Shown here piece after piece: positions 49,650 through 60,976 of a stretch of DNA of 64,000 nucleotides. The first letter of the stretch is position 1, and each line of letters starts with the position of its first letter. This DNA comes from an uncultured Ignavibacteriota bacterium. GTDB lineage: Bacteria; Bacteroidota; Ignavibacteria; Palsa-1295. The stretch spans positions 98,686-162,685 of the forward strand of contig CAIUMP010000044.1 of assembly GCA_903900335.1 (NCBI GenBank). The letters run 5' to 3'. The notes beneath the pieces are model-generated. The model was not told where the DNA came from. It did not search any database and worked only from the letters and a program-made list of their open reading frames with translations. A program made the position numbers and the translations under genes.

Positions 49650-49920
49650 AGGAATCGAAACCAACCCGTTTTGAGCGGCTGTTATGCCAAGCGAATTGAT
49701 GAACGCAGGTTCACATTCGCATAGGATTGAAAACTGATTTTAGCCTGATGCCGATTGTAGTACCGAACGGTTCTATTGCGGCGAGAAGCTACCTGAGTTG
49801 CCCCACTGACCATGGGGCATATTGAACGAGAGGGGCGCTTCGGAGGTCTCGCGATGTTTCACAAAAAGGGAGGACCAATTTCTCTTGCCACATCCGACGA
49901 CGCCGAAGCGCTTTTTTTTG
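49650..49920 (+). ncRNA. Candidate small structured RNA (promoter-like TTG..N20..TAATTTTG upstream, strong U8-tailed terminator at the 3' end)
   Basis: TTG at 49618-20 and TAATTTTG at 49641-48, a Bacteroidota-type -33/-7 arrangement. Several internal hairpins (e.g. gcgaat..tgaac-gcag-gttca..attcgc). Closing stem ggcgcttcgg (49834-43) / ccgaagcgc (49903-11) followed by TTTTTTTT. The only ORF in the interval runs through the terminator. Confidence 0.3.
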
Positions 49921-50081
49921 CCCTGACCGAATTTTGGCTGTATTCGAATCCAACACTATCAACTCCTTTCGCAAACACCGTACTATCACCGAACTAACCG
50001 CCCCCCAGTCCAGTTATACGGCCCGCTTACCTGATTTCCCGACACACGCGTCAGGGCCAAGCTAGTTTGATGGATAGTAAT

Positions 50082-50156
<75 letters not shown>

Positions 50157-50167
50157 ATACGTAGGAG

Positions 50168-50222
50168 TAACGGGTAATGAGTACCGAGTAACGAGCGCGT
50201 TACCGTTCTTCATTACCCGTTA
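50168..50222. repeat. Nested inverted repeat downstream of tRNA-Pro (TAACGGGTAATGA ... TCATTACCCGTTA with inner GTAACG/CGTTAC) and flanking GTAACG/TACCCGT short repeats
   Basis: 13-bp perfect inverted repeat plus inner 6-bp inverted repeat. Tandem tacccgt x2 immediately after. Confidence 0.7.
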
Positions 50223-50273
50223 CCCGTTTATACCAGCCAACTTCGTTTCTGATCACTCGTAATCCTCCCGCGA

Positions 50274-53171
50274 ATGAACCACCTGCTTACGAACTCTGAG
50301 CAATTCCAGAACCGCCACAATGGTCCAGATGAAGCGGACCAATTGCTGATGCTTAAGGCACTCGGCGTACAGTCGCTTGATGACCTCGTTGCCGAGACAG
50401 TGCCCCGCTCCATACGGTTGAAGGAGCCGATGCTGATGAAGCCTGCGATGTCAGAGTCGGAGTTCCTCGATCATGCGGCCGCACTTGCTTCGAAGAACAA
50501 GCTCTTCAAGTCCTACATCGGTATGGGCTACTACGATACGGTGACGCCGCCGGTCATCCTTCGCAACGTGCTGGAGAACCCGGGTTGGTACACTCAGTAC
50601 ACGCCGTATCAAGCGGAGATCTCCCAGGGTCGGCTTGAATCGCTTTTGAACTTTCAAACGGTAATTGTTGACCTGACGGGTTTAGAGATCGCGAATGCAT
50701 CCCTTCTCGACGAAGGCACTGCGGCAGCCGAGGCGATGCACCTAATGCACGCGGTTCACAGGAAGGCGAACAAAGCGGCTCGCACGCTCTTTGTTGACGA
50801 GAATATCTTTCCGCAAACGCTCGATGTGCTTCGCACACGCGCAGCAGTGCTCAACATCCATGTGATGGTTGGTGACCACCGCACTATGGAATGGAATGAT
50901 GACATCTTCGGGGCCGTGGTTCAGTATCCGGCGGGCGATGGAGAAATTTACGATTACAAGAATTTCTGCGAAGCGGCGCACAGTTGCGGCGCATTAGTAA
51001 CTGTTGCGTGCGATCTCATGAGTTTGCTTCTACTGACACCTCCCGGTGAGTTTGGAGCGGATGTGGCGGTCGGATCAGCACAGCGGTTTGGCGTGCCGCT
51101 TGGATATGGTGGACCACATGCTGCCTTCTTTGCAACACGCGACGAGTTCAAACGCTCGATGCCTGGCCGCATCATCGGTCTTTCCATTGATAGCCACGGA
51201 AACCCTGCCTATCGGATGGCACTGCAAACACGCGAGCAGCACATACGCCGCGACAAAGCGACAAGCAACATCTGCACGGCGCAGGCACTGCTTGCGAACA
51301 TCACCGCGATGTTCGCCGTCTATCACGGGCCACGCGGGCTCCGTGCGATCGCCGAACGTATTCATGCAATGACCTGCCTGCTGGCGGAAGGCCTTAAGGA
51401 CATCGGCTTTGCAACGCAGAACGAGCGTTACTTCGACACGTTGAAGGTGGAAGTAAGCAGCATCGCGATGCTGGAAGGTATCCGACGTGAAGCACTGGCC
51501 GCGAATATCAATTTCCGATACTTCGATGAACGAGCTGTTGGCATCTCGCTCGACGAGACAACAACGATCCACCATGTCACCGCGATTCTCAATGTCTTCC
51601 ACCGTGCGAACTCAAGCAAGGCCGTCGAGAGCTATATTCCTCTTCTTGAAAAGAAGATCACAACAGAGTTCGACGCGCCATTTGCACGGCACTCATCCTA
51701 TCTAACACATCCCGTATTCAACAAGCACCACTCCGAGACAGAGATGCTTCGCTATCTGAAGTTCTTGGAGAACAAGGATTTCTCGCTTGCACACGGCATG
51801 ATCCCGCTCGGCTCCTGCACGATGAAGCTCAACGCAACGGCGGAGATGATCCCGATCACGATGCCGAACTTCGGGAAGTTGCATCCCTTTGTACCGCTCG
51901 ATCAGGCCGAGGGCTATTTGGAGATGTTCGCAGAGTTAGAGGGAATGCTCAAGACGGTCACGGGCTTCCACGCGATCTCGCTTCAACCAAATGCGGGTGC
52001 GCAAGGAGAGTACGCTGGACTGCTTGTCATTCGCGAGTATCATAAGAATCGCGGCGAGAACCATCGCGATGTCGTGCTTATTCCGGCCTCTGCTCATGGC
52101 ACAAACCCGGCAAGCGCAGTGATGGCAGGCATGAAGGTCGTCGTCGTGAAGACGGATGAGAAGGGCAATGTGGATATGGCAGATCTTCACGCCAAAGTTG
52201 AAGAGTATAAGGCTTCGCTCGGCGCGTTCATGGTGACCTACCCTTCCACTCACGGTGTGTTCGAGGAGAGCATCAAAGATATTTGCAAACTCATTCACGA
52301 GGCGGGTGGGCAAGTCTATATGGACGGTGCGAACATGAATGCGCAGGTTGGCCTCACGAGTCCGGCCTCCATCGGTGCTGACGTGTGCCACCTCAATTTG
52401 CACAAGACATTCTGCATTCCGCATGGCGGCGGCGGCCCTGGAATGGGACCGATCGGTGTTGCACAGCATCTCGCGCCATTTCTTCCGGGACATACTGTCA
52501 TCCGCACCGGGGGCGATCGCGCTATAGGCGCCGTTAGCGCAGCACCCTGGGGAAGCGCGAGTATTCTGCTCATCTCCTATGCGTACATTGCTATGATGGG
52601 CGCAGAGGGTTTGACGCTCGCAACGAAGATCGCAATACTCAATGCCAATTACATCGCTGCGGCACTGGAGGAATATTATCCTACTCTTTATCGTGGTACG
52701 CATGGTAGGGTCGCTCATGAGATGATCCTCGACATGCGCGGCTTCAAGACGCTGGGCGTTGAAGTCGAAGACATTGCGAAGCGCCTGATGGATTACGGCT
52801 TCCACGCGCCGACGCTTTCCTTCCCTGTCGCGGGCACGCTGATGGTTGAGCCAACCGAGAGCGAGCCAAAGGAAGAACTTGACCGCTTCATTGACGCGAT
52901 GATTGCAATTCGTCAGGAGATCGAGGAGATCGCCTCCGGCGCGACGGACGCGAAGGATAACGTCCTGAAGAATGCGCCGCACACTGCGGAGTCGGTCATC
53001 GCGGATAACTGGGCGCATCCATACTCACGAGAAAAGGCGGCATACCCCGTTCGCTCATTGCGCACCAACAAATTCTGGCCGAGCATTGGCCGCGTCAACA
53101 ACGCCGTTGGAGACCGCACGCTCATCTGCACCTGTCCGCCAATGGAGGCGTATGAGCATCACGCGGTTTAA
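50274..53171 (+). CDS. gcvP: Glycine dehydrogenase (decarboxylating), single-chain P protein
   Basis: 965 aa. Conserved GcvP N- and C-terminal halves. PLP-Lys region ([19 protein letters not shown]). Confidence 0.9.
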   Translation: MNHLLTNSEQFQNRHNGPDEADQLLMLKALGVQSLDDLVAETVPRSIRLKEPMLMKPAMSESEFLDHAAALASKNKLFKSYIGMGYYDTVTPPVILRNVLENPGWYTQYTPYQAEISQGRLESLLNFQTVIVDLTGLEIANASLLDEGTAAAEAMHLMHAVHRKANKAARTLFVDENIFPQTLDVLRTRAAVLNIHVMVGDHRTMEWNDDIFGAVVQYPAGDGEIYDYKNFCEAAHSCGALVTVACDLMSLLLLTPPGEFGADVAVGSAQRFGVPLGYGGPHAAFFATRDEFKRSMPGRIIGLSIDSHGNPAYRMALQTREQHIRRDKATSNICTAQALLANITAMFAVYHGPRGLRAIAERIHAMTCLLAEGLKDIGFATQNERYFDTLKVEVSSIAMLEGIRREALAANINFRYFDERAVGISLDETTTIHHVTAILNVFHRANSSKAVESYIPLLEKKITTEFDAPFARHSSYLTHPVFNKHHSETEMLRYLKFLENKDFSLAHGMIPLGSCTMKLNATAEMIPITMPNFGKLHPFVPLDQAEGYLEMFAELEGMLKTVTGFHAISLQPNAGAQGEYAGLLVIREYHKNRGENHRDVVLIPASAHGTNPASAVMAGMKVVVVKTDEKGNVDMADLHAKVEEYKASLGAFMVTYPSTHGVFEESIKDICKLIHEAGGQVYMDGANMNAQVGLTSPASIGADVCHLNLHKTFCIPHGGGGPGMGPIGVAQHLAPFLPGHTVIRTGGDRAIGAVSAAPWGSASILLISYAYIAMMGAEGLTLATKIAILNANYIAAALEEYYPTLYRGTHGRVAHEMILDMRGFKTLGVEVEDIAKRLMDYGFHAPTLSFPVAGTLMVEPTESEPKEELDRFIDAMIAIRQEIEEIASGATDAKDNVLKNAPHTAESVIADNWAHPYSREKAAYPVRSLRTNKFWPSIGRVNNAVGDRTLICTCPPMEAYEHHAV

Positions 53172-53386
53172 TCGCAGCGCAATTGACAGCACCTTAGTCG
53201 CGGCCCGCTTGTAGCAACGACAAAATGGTTTAATGTCCTCAAGCTCCTTAGGCGTGGCCCGTTCACCAATCAACGGACCGCGCCTACCACGCAGTCATTC
53301 TCACCTCCTCAGACTGCTCGTCGCATACCCACAAGAATTACCCCACCACCCCGGAACGAGACTGCCGCGCGTTTTGCTGTTCTGGC

Positions 53387-55504
53387 ATGGTGAAACGGGC
53401 TTCGCGCAGGGGTTCTGTCAGGCTCTCGTGGATGCGCGGGAGAGTTACTGTTTTTGTGGCGGTGGTTGGGATGATGGTGGCGGGTGCGGAGAGGAGTGAG
53501 GCGCAGTGGGTCAAGCTGACTGGACAAGGCGGATTTGAAGTGACTTCCTTCGCAGGGAGCGGCTCAATGTTCTTTGCTGGGACCTATGGAGGAGGCGTTG
53601 TTCGTAGCACCGACAGTGGGGCAAGTTGGAAGTCTGTAAATAGCGGATTGGCTAACAGGCTGGTTCTGTCTCTTTTGGGAAACGGGAATAACCTCTATGC
53701 CGGGACTGACAGCGGGCTTTATCTTTCAACAGACAACGCATCCTCTTGGCATCCTATTAATTTTGGCCTGCAGTACCTTCACATTGAGGCTCTTGCATTA
53801 CGGGGCACAACTCTATTTCTTGGAACATATGGTGGAGTCTTTCTCTCATCCGACAGTGGTACAAGTTGGACTCCGGCGAACAACGGTCTCACAAACCAAG
53901 CTGTTCGAACCCTCGCAGTAAGTGGTAACAATTTATTCGCGGGTACTACTGGTAGCGGAAATGGTGGCGTCTTTCTATCCACTAACAATGGCGCTTCGTG
54001 GACACGTGTAAACACTGGGTTAACGAATACTTTTGTCAACACGCTCGTTGCAAGCGGCTCTACAGTTTTCGCTGGGACTGAGGGCGATGGTGTGTTTCGG
54101 TCCACCGATAATGGAACCAGTTGGAAGATGGTCAGCTCTTCACTTAGAGGTGATCTCATCTATACCATGGCAGCGCGCGGCACAGAGGTATTCGTAGGTT
54201 GCGATTATGGGATTTATCGGACTACAAATAATGGTGCGACATGGCAGGATGTTAATAATGCTCTTGGTATGCCATACGTCTTCGCGTTGGCTACATTTGG
54301 CACAAACCTCTATGCTGGCGTTCTCGGAGGAATCGTTCGCTCGTTGGACACATGCAAGACTTGGTCTGAAGTCACTCCTCCTCTCCCTGAATACACATTT
54401 GGTCGCGCACTTGCCGTGAGTGGAGGCACTCTAATTGCCGGCACAACCCGTGGCCTGTTTCGTACCACAGACGATGGACAGAGTTGGAATACTGAAGCAC
54501 AAGACTTAGCGGTATCGGACGTCAATACGCTCCTCTTTAGAGGCAAGAATTTGTTGGCTGGCACTGCAAACGGCATATTGTTATCACCTGACGACGGCAT
54601 GCATTGGTTCTCTTTGGATACGAGTTTCCATGCGTCTGTCCAGACTCTTGTCATGGGTAACTCAAATTTGATAGCCGGAGCCAAAGAAGGCATTTATCTA
54701 TCCAGCAATGACGGTAAAAACTGGAAGCTGGCCAAAACGGGGGTTTTCAATGCAAGTGTTACTGCATTGGCCGTCAACGGTAGTATTATTTACGCAGGGA
54801 CTACCCGCAACGTCGTATATCGCTCCACTGATGATGGTGATACTTGGGAAGCTATCCACACTTTCACTGAGTTAAATGGGCTTACTGCCTATTCTCTCTG
54901 TCTTTACGGCACAAAGCTTTATCTCGGGACGAACGGGGGTGTTTTTCGAACGGACGATAGCGGCACAACTTGGAATCCGGTCAACACTGGTATGGCGGGA
55001 AATCATATCCTAACATTTTTGCCCAGCGGCAAGAAATTGTTTGCTGGTGGGTACGTCGGTGTCTCACTTTCAATAGACAGCGGTTCAAACTGGACACCCG
55101 TTAATAATGGCTTGCCTTACACGGCTGTGTATGCCCTCGCTGCAGCGGGCGCTTACTTCTTTGCAGGAACCGATACTGGCATCTGGCGTCGTCCCCTCTC
55201 CGAAATGATCCCCACCAACGCCGTCGCACCCGCACGGCCTGTTGCGCGGAGCATCGCCGCCTATCCCAACCCCTTCACATCATCCGCGACGATCAGCTTC
55301 ACAGCCACCGAGAGCGGCGCGGCGCAGGTGCGGGTGGTGAATATGCTTGGGGAGGAAGTTGCGCGGTTGTTCGAGGGGGAGATTGCGGTGGGGGAGAGGC
55401 AACTCACATGGAATGCCAAGCTCATGCCACCGGGAATCTACTGGAGCGAGGTGTGGACAAATGGGCAAGCGCCGGAGAGGGTTGCATTGAGATTGGAGCG
55501 GTAG
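53387..55504 (+). CDS. Secreted BNR/Asp-box repeat (Ycf48/sortilin-like beta-propeller) protein with T9SS C-terminal sorting domain
   Basis: Many S-x-D-x-G-x-(S/T)-W repeats (STDSGASW, STDNASSW, SSDSGTSW ...). C-terminal YPNPFTSSATISF...VVNMLGEEV...LMPPGIYWSEV typical of Por/T9SS CTD. Likely start 53432. Confidence 0.55.
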   Translation: MVKRASRRGSVRLSWMRGRVTVFVAVVGMMVAGAERSEAQWVKLTGQGGFEVTSFAGSGSMFFAGTYGGGVVRSTDSGASWKSVNSGLANRLVLSLLGNGNNLYAGTDSGLYLSTDNASSWHPINFGLQYLHIEALALRGTTLFLGTYGGVFLSSDSGTSWTPANNGLTNQAVRTLAVSGNNLFAGTTGSGNGGVFLSTNNGASWTRVNTGLTNTFVNTLVASGSTVFAGTEGDGVFRSTDNGTSWKMVSSSLRGDLIYTMAARGTEVFVGCDYGIYRTTNNGATWQDVNNALGMPYVFALATFGTNLYAGVLGGIVRSLDTCKTWSEVTPPLPEYTFGRALAVSGGTLIAGTTRGLFRTTDDGQSWNTEAQDLAVSDVNTLLFRGKNLLAGTANGILLSPDDGMHWFSLDTSFHASVQTLVMGNSNLIAGAKEGIYLSSNDGKNWKLAKTGVFNASVTALAVNGSIIYAGTTRNVVYRSTDDGDTWEAIHTFTELNGLTAYSLCLYGTKLYLGTNGGVFRTDDSGTTWNPVNTGMAGNHILTFLPSGKKLFAGGYVGVSLSIDSGSNWTPVNNGLPYTAVYALAAAGAYFFAGTDTGIWRRPLSEMIPTNAVAPARPVARSIAAYPNPFTSSATISFTATESGAAQVRVVNMLGEEVARLFEGEIAVGERQLTWNAKLMPPGIYWSEVWTNGQAPERVALRLER

Positions 55505-55965
55505 GTTCCTCGCATTAACACCGCAACTACTGCGCTACAGAAAGTGCTCTCCCTAAGAAGCGGTAAGGATGCTTAACTCAACCGAACATTCTTGTTTACT
55601 ACAACCAAAATGCAACTGGCACTTGCATGCATTAGGAGTGAAAAACGCGGTTGGCGCGTGACTTGCAATCGGAACCAGTACCTGGGATAATCTTAGCCGA
55701 CAGAATATTTCATCCCACATCAACCGCATCAACTCCGGCGCGTGAGTGCATGATCGTTATGGCATTCCGATCACAGGTTGCCACTCTCACAGAGTCACAG
55801 ATACGATGAAGCACGCGAAAAGCTGAAGCTCTACGGTGGCAAGAATTCGGGGAGTATTCTTTGCCAGAACTTTCACTGTGGGATGCATCTCGGTGCAGAC
55901 ACAGCGGGGAGTTCTTTGCCTTCCCTCATTGCAGACAGTTACTTCACCTTATTTGAATTACTCTC

Positions 55966-57723
55966 ATGCACACACTCAACAATTCCACTTCAGGCCACAT
56001 CACGCCGATGAGTCATCATCTGCATCGTGGAATGGCCATCATGCTCGGTACTTTACTGAGCATTCTCATTCATAGCGGTTCAGCTCTTGCACAACTGCCG
56101 CGGACGATCTCCTATCAGGGCACTCTGAAGCAAGGTCAAAACGCCATGACCGGCACCGTTGACCTGCGAGTGAATTATTACTTGTCCGGTTCGACTACCG
56201 CTGTATACGACGAGACATTCAGCAGTGTGCCGGTGGTAAATGGTGTGTTCTCGATCGAACTCGGATCGGTGATGGGTTCGCTGCCAGCGGCAGTGGATCT
56301 GAGCCGAGCGGTTGAGATCGGCGTGCAAGTCAACGGAAGTGCGGAGCTAACACCACATGCAAAGTTGATGGCAGCACCATATGCATTCACCGCGTACTCG
56401 CTGAATGGCGTACGGGGCAGTCTCGTGCCAGTCAATAATACCATCTTCCCTATTCCGTTGGATGCAAATGGAAAGATCGCAGCATCGATACTACCTCCGA
56501 ACCCGATCTCTGGAATACTCGCGGGTCCTGGCCTCATGGGCGGCGGCGTGGCGGGGATGCTCACGATGGGAATTGCCGATGGTGGTATTACCGGGAACAT
56601 GATTCGAGCCGGGACCATCACAGGAAGCATGATCACTGGTCTGGCTGGCACAGCGCTGAATCAGGATGGAAGTGGCTTACTCCATCTTTCGTATGACCCG
56701 GCGAAGTTTGCCATCACGAACAACAAGCTCATGCTTCGCACCGATGTTCCAGTCGTCGGCTCGGAGGCTGCATTCAGTGGCCGGGTTGCTCTTGGTTCTT
56801 CGCCGGATGCGACGGACAACTATTTCGGCACAGCCGACAATGCCAACTACGTCGTGAACTTCATCGGTAGCGCGGGCTACGGTAGTGTGACGATATTCAA
56901 TGGTCAGCTCTACATGGGTGGTCCGCTCGACGCTGGCGGTAACGTGATAAGTGATCTGGCATTTCCAAACTCCCCGACGGATGCAGCGACGAAGGACTAC
57001 GTCGATCAGCGCATTGGGGTCACAGCGCCACTCGGACATGATCTGACGGGGACAATAGGAACTGCAACGCTCGACCCAACAAATCCAGGCATCGGCGACA
57101 GACTGATCCAGGGTATCAATGCAAGCGTTGGCGAGACGGTCATCAGCGGATTGCATGTGGGACGCGTAGCCTGGGCTGACAACGCAGACTTCGCAGGGTC
57201 ATTCCTCGGCCAGCTCGCCGGTGATGTCACCGGACAACAGGCCACGACCGTGGTTGGAGCGATACAGGGAATCGCAGTGAACCCGCAACTTCCACTTGAT
57301 AACCAGGTGCTCGCATTCGAAGGAGAGATGAATCGCTGGACTCCACGAGCACTTCCGCCAGCGGTGACGGCTATCAGCGCGGGCCCTGGAATAACTGTCA
57401 CGGGAGACGATCCGGCACGGCCCATGGTCGAAGTTACTCCTCCGTCTACGATGGGGACATCTGGAAAGGTGTCTCTCTATAACTCTGGTAGCGGATACGC
57501 GGAGGTGGTAGGCGCAACGATCAATAACTCCAACGTGACCTCGAACAGCATCATCATGTGCACCGTCGAAGTGGATGCGCATAGCAATACGGCCGACGAG
57601 TACGTGGTCTATCTTTCCGGTATCACCAATGGCTCCTTTAGGATCAATCTCCATCAGGCGAACGGATTCCTGGGGTTAGGCGTAAACGAGGGAGCGACGG
57701 TGCACTACGTCATCTTCAACTGA
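55966..57723 (+). CDS. Secreted hypothetical protein with tail-fibre-like N-terminal region
   Basis: Signal peptide at internal Met (56032). N-terminus ISYQGTLKQGQNAMTGTVDLRVNYYL...YDETF...VVNGVFSIELG resembles the conserved N-termini of Bacteroidota 'tail fiber domain' proteins. Gly-rich central region. Confidence 0.35.
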   Translation: MHTLNNSTSGHITPMSHHLHRGMAIMLGTLLSILIHSGSALAQLPRTISYQGTLKQGQNAMTGTVDLRVNYYLSGSTTAVYDETFSSVPVVNGVFSIELGSVMGSLPAAVDLSRAVEIGVQVNGSAELTPHAKLMAAPYAFTAYSLNGVRGSLVPVNNTIFPIPLDANGKIAASILPPNPISGILAGPGLMGGGVAGMLTMGIADGGITGNMIRAGTITGSMITGLAGTALNQDGSGLLHLSYDPAKFAITNNKLMLRTDVPVVGSEAAFSGRVALGSSPDATDNYFGTADNANYVVNFIGSAGYGSVTIFNGQLYMGGPLDAGGNVISDLAFPNSPTDAATKDYVDQRIGVTAPLGHDLTGTIGTATLDPTNPGIGDRLIQGINASVGETVISGLHVGRVAWADNADFAGSFLGQLAGDVTGQQATTVVGAIQGIAVNPQLPLDNQVLAFEGEMNRWTPRALPPAVTAISAGPGITVTGDDPARPMVEVTPPSTMGTSGKVSLYNSGSGYAEVVGATINNSNVTSNSIIMCTVEVDAHSNTADEYVVYLSGITNGSFRINLHQANGFLGLGVNEGATVHYVIFN

Positions 57724-57856
57724 CACCATCGCCTTCTCCGAAGCAGGCACAATAGAATATTTTACACTAGCGCAAGAGAGAGTTCAACGCAATCGGGCCT
57801 CAAGATGCAATACACATCTTGGGGCCGATTGACTTTGGGAAGATCAAGATCTGCGC

Positions 57857-60232
57857 TTAGAACTCCACACGGAAGCCACCGTACGGGAACAGCCCGAGTT
57901 GATTGATGTGCGTGATCGAATGTGTTCGGGGGTCGTAAGAATAGATCAGTACATTCGAGTGGTTGATGGCATTTTCAGCAGTGAAGAATCCGACGATGGA
58001 CACGGCTCCGAGGTTCTGCCGGAATTCTACTTTCACGTCGAGCCGCTGATAGGTCGGGTAACGCTCGGAGAATGGCTTTGAGTCATCGAAGTACTGTGGT
58101 CCGAATTCGCCGGAGCTGTTGAACATGCGCGCTCGAACGGTATCAATGGGAGTGTACGGTGCCCCACCAGCGAGGGTGAACTTGCTGGAGAACTCGATGG
58201 AGAACGTCGGCGAGAGTTTCCACTCGTAGCCTGCCAATAGGTTCACGATGTACTGGTTATCGAATGCGCCGTCGTGCCAGATGCCATCAGAGCCTGTGAA
58301 CTGCTGGCGGAAGAGTGAGCCCGTTGCCGTGAAGTAGTAGCCATCCGAGAAGTGCTTCATGAGTGTCAACTCAACACCATAGGATTTTCCGAGACCGTTG
58401 CTGGCAAGAGTCCGATCCGTCGAAACACCACCGAAATTTGCACCAGCGTTCAAGTAACTGAAGCTTGTGGCTGAATCACGATCGACCGGTGCATGGGAGA
58501 TGTCTTTGTAGTATCCTTCCGCTTTGAAGAGGAGATCGGACGCGAAGTGATTCGTGTAACCGAGGATGTAATGGATAGACTGCGTGAAATCGAGTGTACT
58601 GTTCGCAGGATTGCCGAAATAGACTACGAGTGGCTGTGCTTGACGGTGAACACCGAAGCCTACATTTAGCGATTGATCGTCGGCAAACGACCATTGCGCA
58701 CCGAAGCGAGGCTCTAGCGAAGACTTCCCGCTGATGGCGAGATAGTGATAGTGCAGACCCGTGTTGAATGCCAGATCGTTCGTCGGGCGCCATTGCCAAT
58801 TGAGGAAACTGAGCGCCTCCTCCGAAGAACCTGATGCATGGATCGAGAATGGAATTGTCCGGGCATCGCGTGTGGTGGTGCGGGATTCGTTCAGATCATA
58901 ATACGGCAGTCTTACTTCAATGCCTCCGCTAAAGTCATGCGATGTGCTTGCCGAGTAGTTTAGTGAGTACTTGAGGGAATGCGCCGCTTCTTTCGAATCG
59001 CTCGTGTAGAAGAGGTTCTTGTCGAGAAGCTTGTAATCAGGTGTTGAGGTGAGCGAATCTACGGTAGTCTGATAGGTTTGATATACTGTGCTGAGGGCCA
59101 GTGTCCCGATCGCGCGTTCGTTGAATATATGCTTCCATGTTGCTCCGAGCACACCAAGCTCGGAGCCGTTAGTGATATCGAAGTCACCCGTTAGGACAGT
59201 GTCCTGCGTGCTTTGATTGATGGCGATGGTACTGCGTCCACCCAGTCCGATGATACCGAGAGCATCGCTTTGGCCAAGCGGTACATCCGCCTTGATGCTC
59301 AGATCGTCATACTTCGGTACGCCAGCGAAGCCAAAGTCTATGCCGAGTGCATTGAAAATTTGCAGCGTCGATTTACGATAACTAACGATGAACGAACTGC
59401 CCGGAACGAAGAGCGGTCCTTCTGCCATGCCTTCGAACCCAGCGAAGCCCATCTGCGCGACGTATTCAAATCGCTCGGAATTCCCTTTTCGCGTTCGTAA
59501 GTCGAAGACTCCGGAGATCTTGTTGCCGTACTCGGCTGGGAATGCACCAGTAAGAAAATCGCTGTTGCTCAGCAGATTCATATTGATCGCATTGACGGGA
59601 CCGCCAGTAGCCCCTTGCGTTGCGAAGTGGTTCGGGTTCGGGATGTCAATGCCATCGAGCCGCCATAGCAACTCCATTGGTGAGCCACCACGAATGATGA
59701 TGTCATTGCGCTGATCATTTGCGCCAACGACACCGGCGAACGTCTGTGCCATTCGTGCGGGATCTTCCCGGCTTCCAGCAAAGCGCTTGGCCTCATCCAC
59801 ACTGAACGTTGTCGCGCTGACGAGCGCCGCCTCGTTGATCGGGGTAAAGTTATCACCTGAGGTAACTACCACTTCCCCACCCTGCACAACCTTCGCTCGT
59901 ATGCGGAGCTCGATGACAACCTGCTTTCCGCTGGTGACCAAAATATCTTGTCCGGTGGTCTCGTACCCAAAGAGCGAGGCTTCCAATTGATGTCGGCCGA
60001 CCGGTACTCCTTCGATTCGAAATGTGCCATCTGCTTTGGATTTGCCGCCGAGTTTGCTCCCGAGGAGGCGCACCTTCGCCCCAGCCACCGGCTGCTGATC
60101 GTCGAAGTCAATGACAGTACCTTTGACTGTCTGCACAGGTCCCGTGGTCTCCTGAGCCTTAAGCAGCAAAGGAGGCGCGATTGCGGAGATGCACAGTGCG
60201 CATACAACGGTGAGTAGAAAATGAGCTTTCAT
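57857..60232 (-). CDS. TonB-dependent receptor with N-terminal carboxypeptidase-regulatory-like domain
   Basis: Signal peptide. CarbopepD_reg-like segment (VKGTVIDFDDQQPVAGAKVRL...). Plug domain. C-terminal ...YGGFRVEF barrel terminus. Confidence 0.7.
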   Translation of the reverse strand: MKAHFLLTVVCALCISAIAPPLLLKAQETTGPVQTVKGTVIDFDDQQPVAGAKVRLLGSKLGGKSKADGTFRIEGVPVGRHQLEASLFGYETTGQDILVTSGKQVVIELRIRAKVVQGGEVVVTSGDNFTPINEAALVSATTFSVDEAKRFAGSREDPARMAQTFAGVVGANDQRNDIIIRGGSPMELLWRLDGIDIPNPNHFATQGATGGPVNAINMNLLSNSDFLTGAFPAEYGNKISGVFDLRTRKGNSERFEYVAQMGFAGFEGMAEGPLFVPGSSFIVSYRKSTLQIFNALGIDFGFAGVPKYDDLSIKADVPLGQSDALGIIGLGGRSTIAINQSTQDTVLTGDFDITNGSELGVLGATWKHIFNERAIGTLALSTVYQTYQTTVDSLTSTPDYKLLDKNLFYTSDSKEAAHSLKYSLNYSASTSHDFSGGIEVRLPYYDLNESRTTTRDARTIPFSIHASGSSEEALSFLNWQWRPTNDLAFNTGLHYHYLAISGKSSLEPRFGAQWSFADDQSLNVGFGVHRQAQPLVVYFGNPANSTLDFTQSIHYILGYTNHFASDLLFKAEGYYKDISHAPVDRDSATSFSYLNAGANFGGVSTDRTLASNGLGKSYGVELTLMKHFSDGYYFTATGSLFRQQFTGSDGIWHDGAFDNQYIVNLLAGYEWKLSPTFSIEFSSKFTLAGGAPYTPIDTVRARMFNSSGEFGPQYFDDSKPFSERYPTYQRLDVKVEFRQNLGAVSIVGFFTAENAINHSNVLIYSYDPRTHSITHINQLGLFPYGGFRVEF

Positions 60233-60282
60233 TGATTACGATGACTATCTAATGAACAGTGTTAAGTTGACAAGAAAAAAAA

Positions 60283-60897
60283 TTATCGTCTGAGCAGGAG
60301 CAGAAAATTATCCAGGAGGGCTTTGCTCATCCCGTCCGCTACTTCCTCCGGTACGAGCACTCGCTGCTTGATTATCAGGGAGACGATCCCATGGAGCATA
60401 TTCCATATCATCAGCGAGCCGAGCTCTACGTCCTTAACGCGGAGCTTGCCTTCGGAAACGCAGGCGCTGACCACCTGACGGAGGACGTCAAACGACTGGA
60501 GCCCGGTATCCTTGCATTGTTCCTCCGCGATCACCGTCATTGGTACCTCTAGGATAAACATCAGGTCATAGAGCTTTGGGTTAGCCAATCCCCACTCGAT
60601 ATACTGTTTACAACCTGCGTAGAGGCGTTCATACGGATCGAGAATACCGCTGAGTTTGTGCTGCTCCGCTAGGAATTGGCCGAAGGCAAGGCTGTAAAGA
60701 TCGTAGAAGATCTCGTCCTTGTCACGGTAATAGAGGTATATCGTTGCTGGGCTGAACTCTATTTTCTCAGCAATGTTGCGTATGGAAAGGCTCCCCAATC
60801 CCTCAGATAGGTACAACTGCATTGCAGCATCGAGGATCATTCCTCGCATGGACTCCCGTTCTCGCGTCTTTCGTTCTTGAATTCCCATACGGCGCAC
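60283..60897 (-). CDS. TetR/AcrR-family transcriptional regulator
   Basis: TetR HTH (LSIRNIAEKIEFSPATIYLYYRDKDEIF). Confidence 0.75.
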   Translation of the reverse strand: MRRMGIQERKTRERESMRGMILDAAMQLYLSEGLGSLSIRNIAEKIEFSPATIYLYYRDKDEIFYDLYSLAFGQFLAEQHKLSGILDPYERLYAGCKQYIEWGLANPKLYDLMFILEVPMTVIAEEQCKDTGLQSFDVLRQVVSACVSEGKLRVKDVELGSLMIWNMLHGIVSLIIKQRVLVPEEVADGMSKALLDNFLLLLRR

Positions 60898-60976
60898 ATT
60901 AACTAAACGGTGTTCAGTTTGGTTTCGCTTCTACAAATCTTTGCTAGGTCTCTAGCTGATTCTCTTATATTCTGGG

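Noticed and set aside
49812-49997. 61-aa ORF in the tRNA-Pro upstream region
   Set aside because: Reads straight through a strong hairpin-U8 terminator and has no start context. Region better explained as non-coding RNA or leader.
49443-50081. Possible CRISPR array, tmRNA, RNase P or SRP RNA in the AT-rich gap
   Set aside because: No regularly spaced direct repeats. No tRNA-like 5'/3' pairing with a tag ORF. No conserved RNase P/SRP sequence blocks recognisable by eye.
51936-53018. 360-aa minus-strand ORF
   Set aside because: Antisense to gcvP, which is full-length and conserved.
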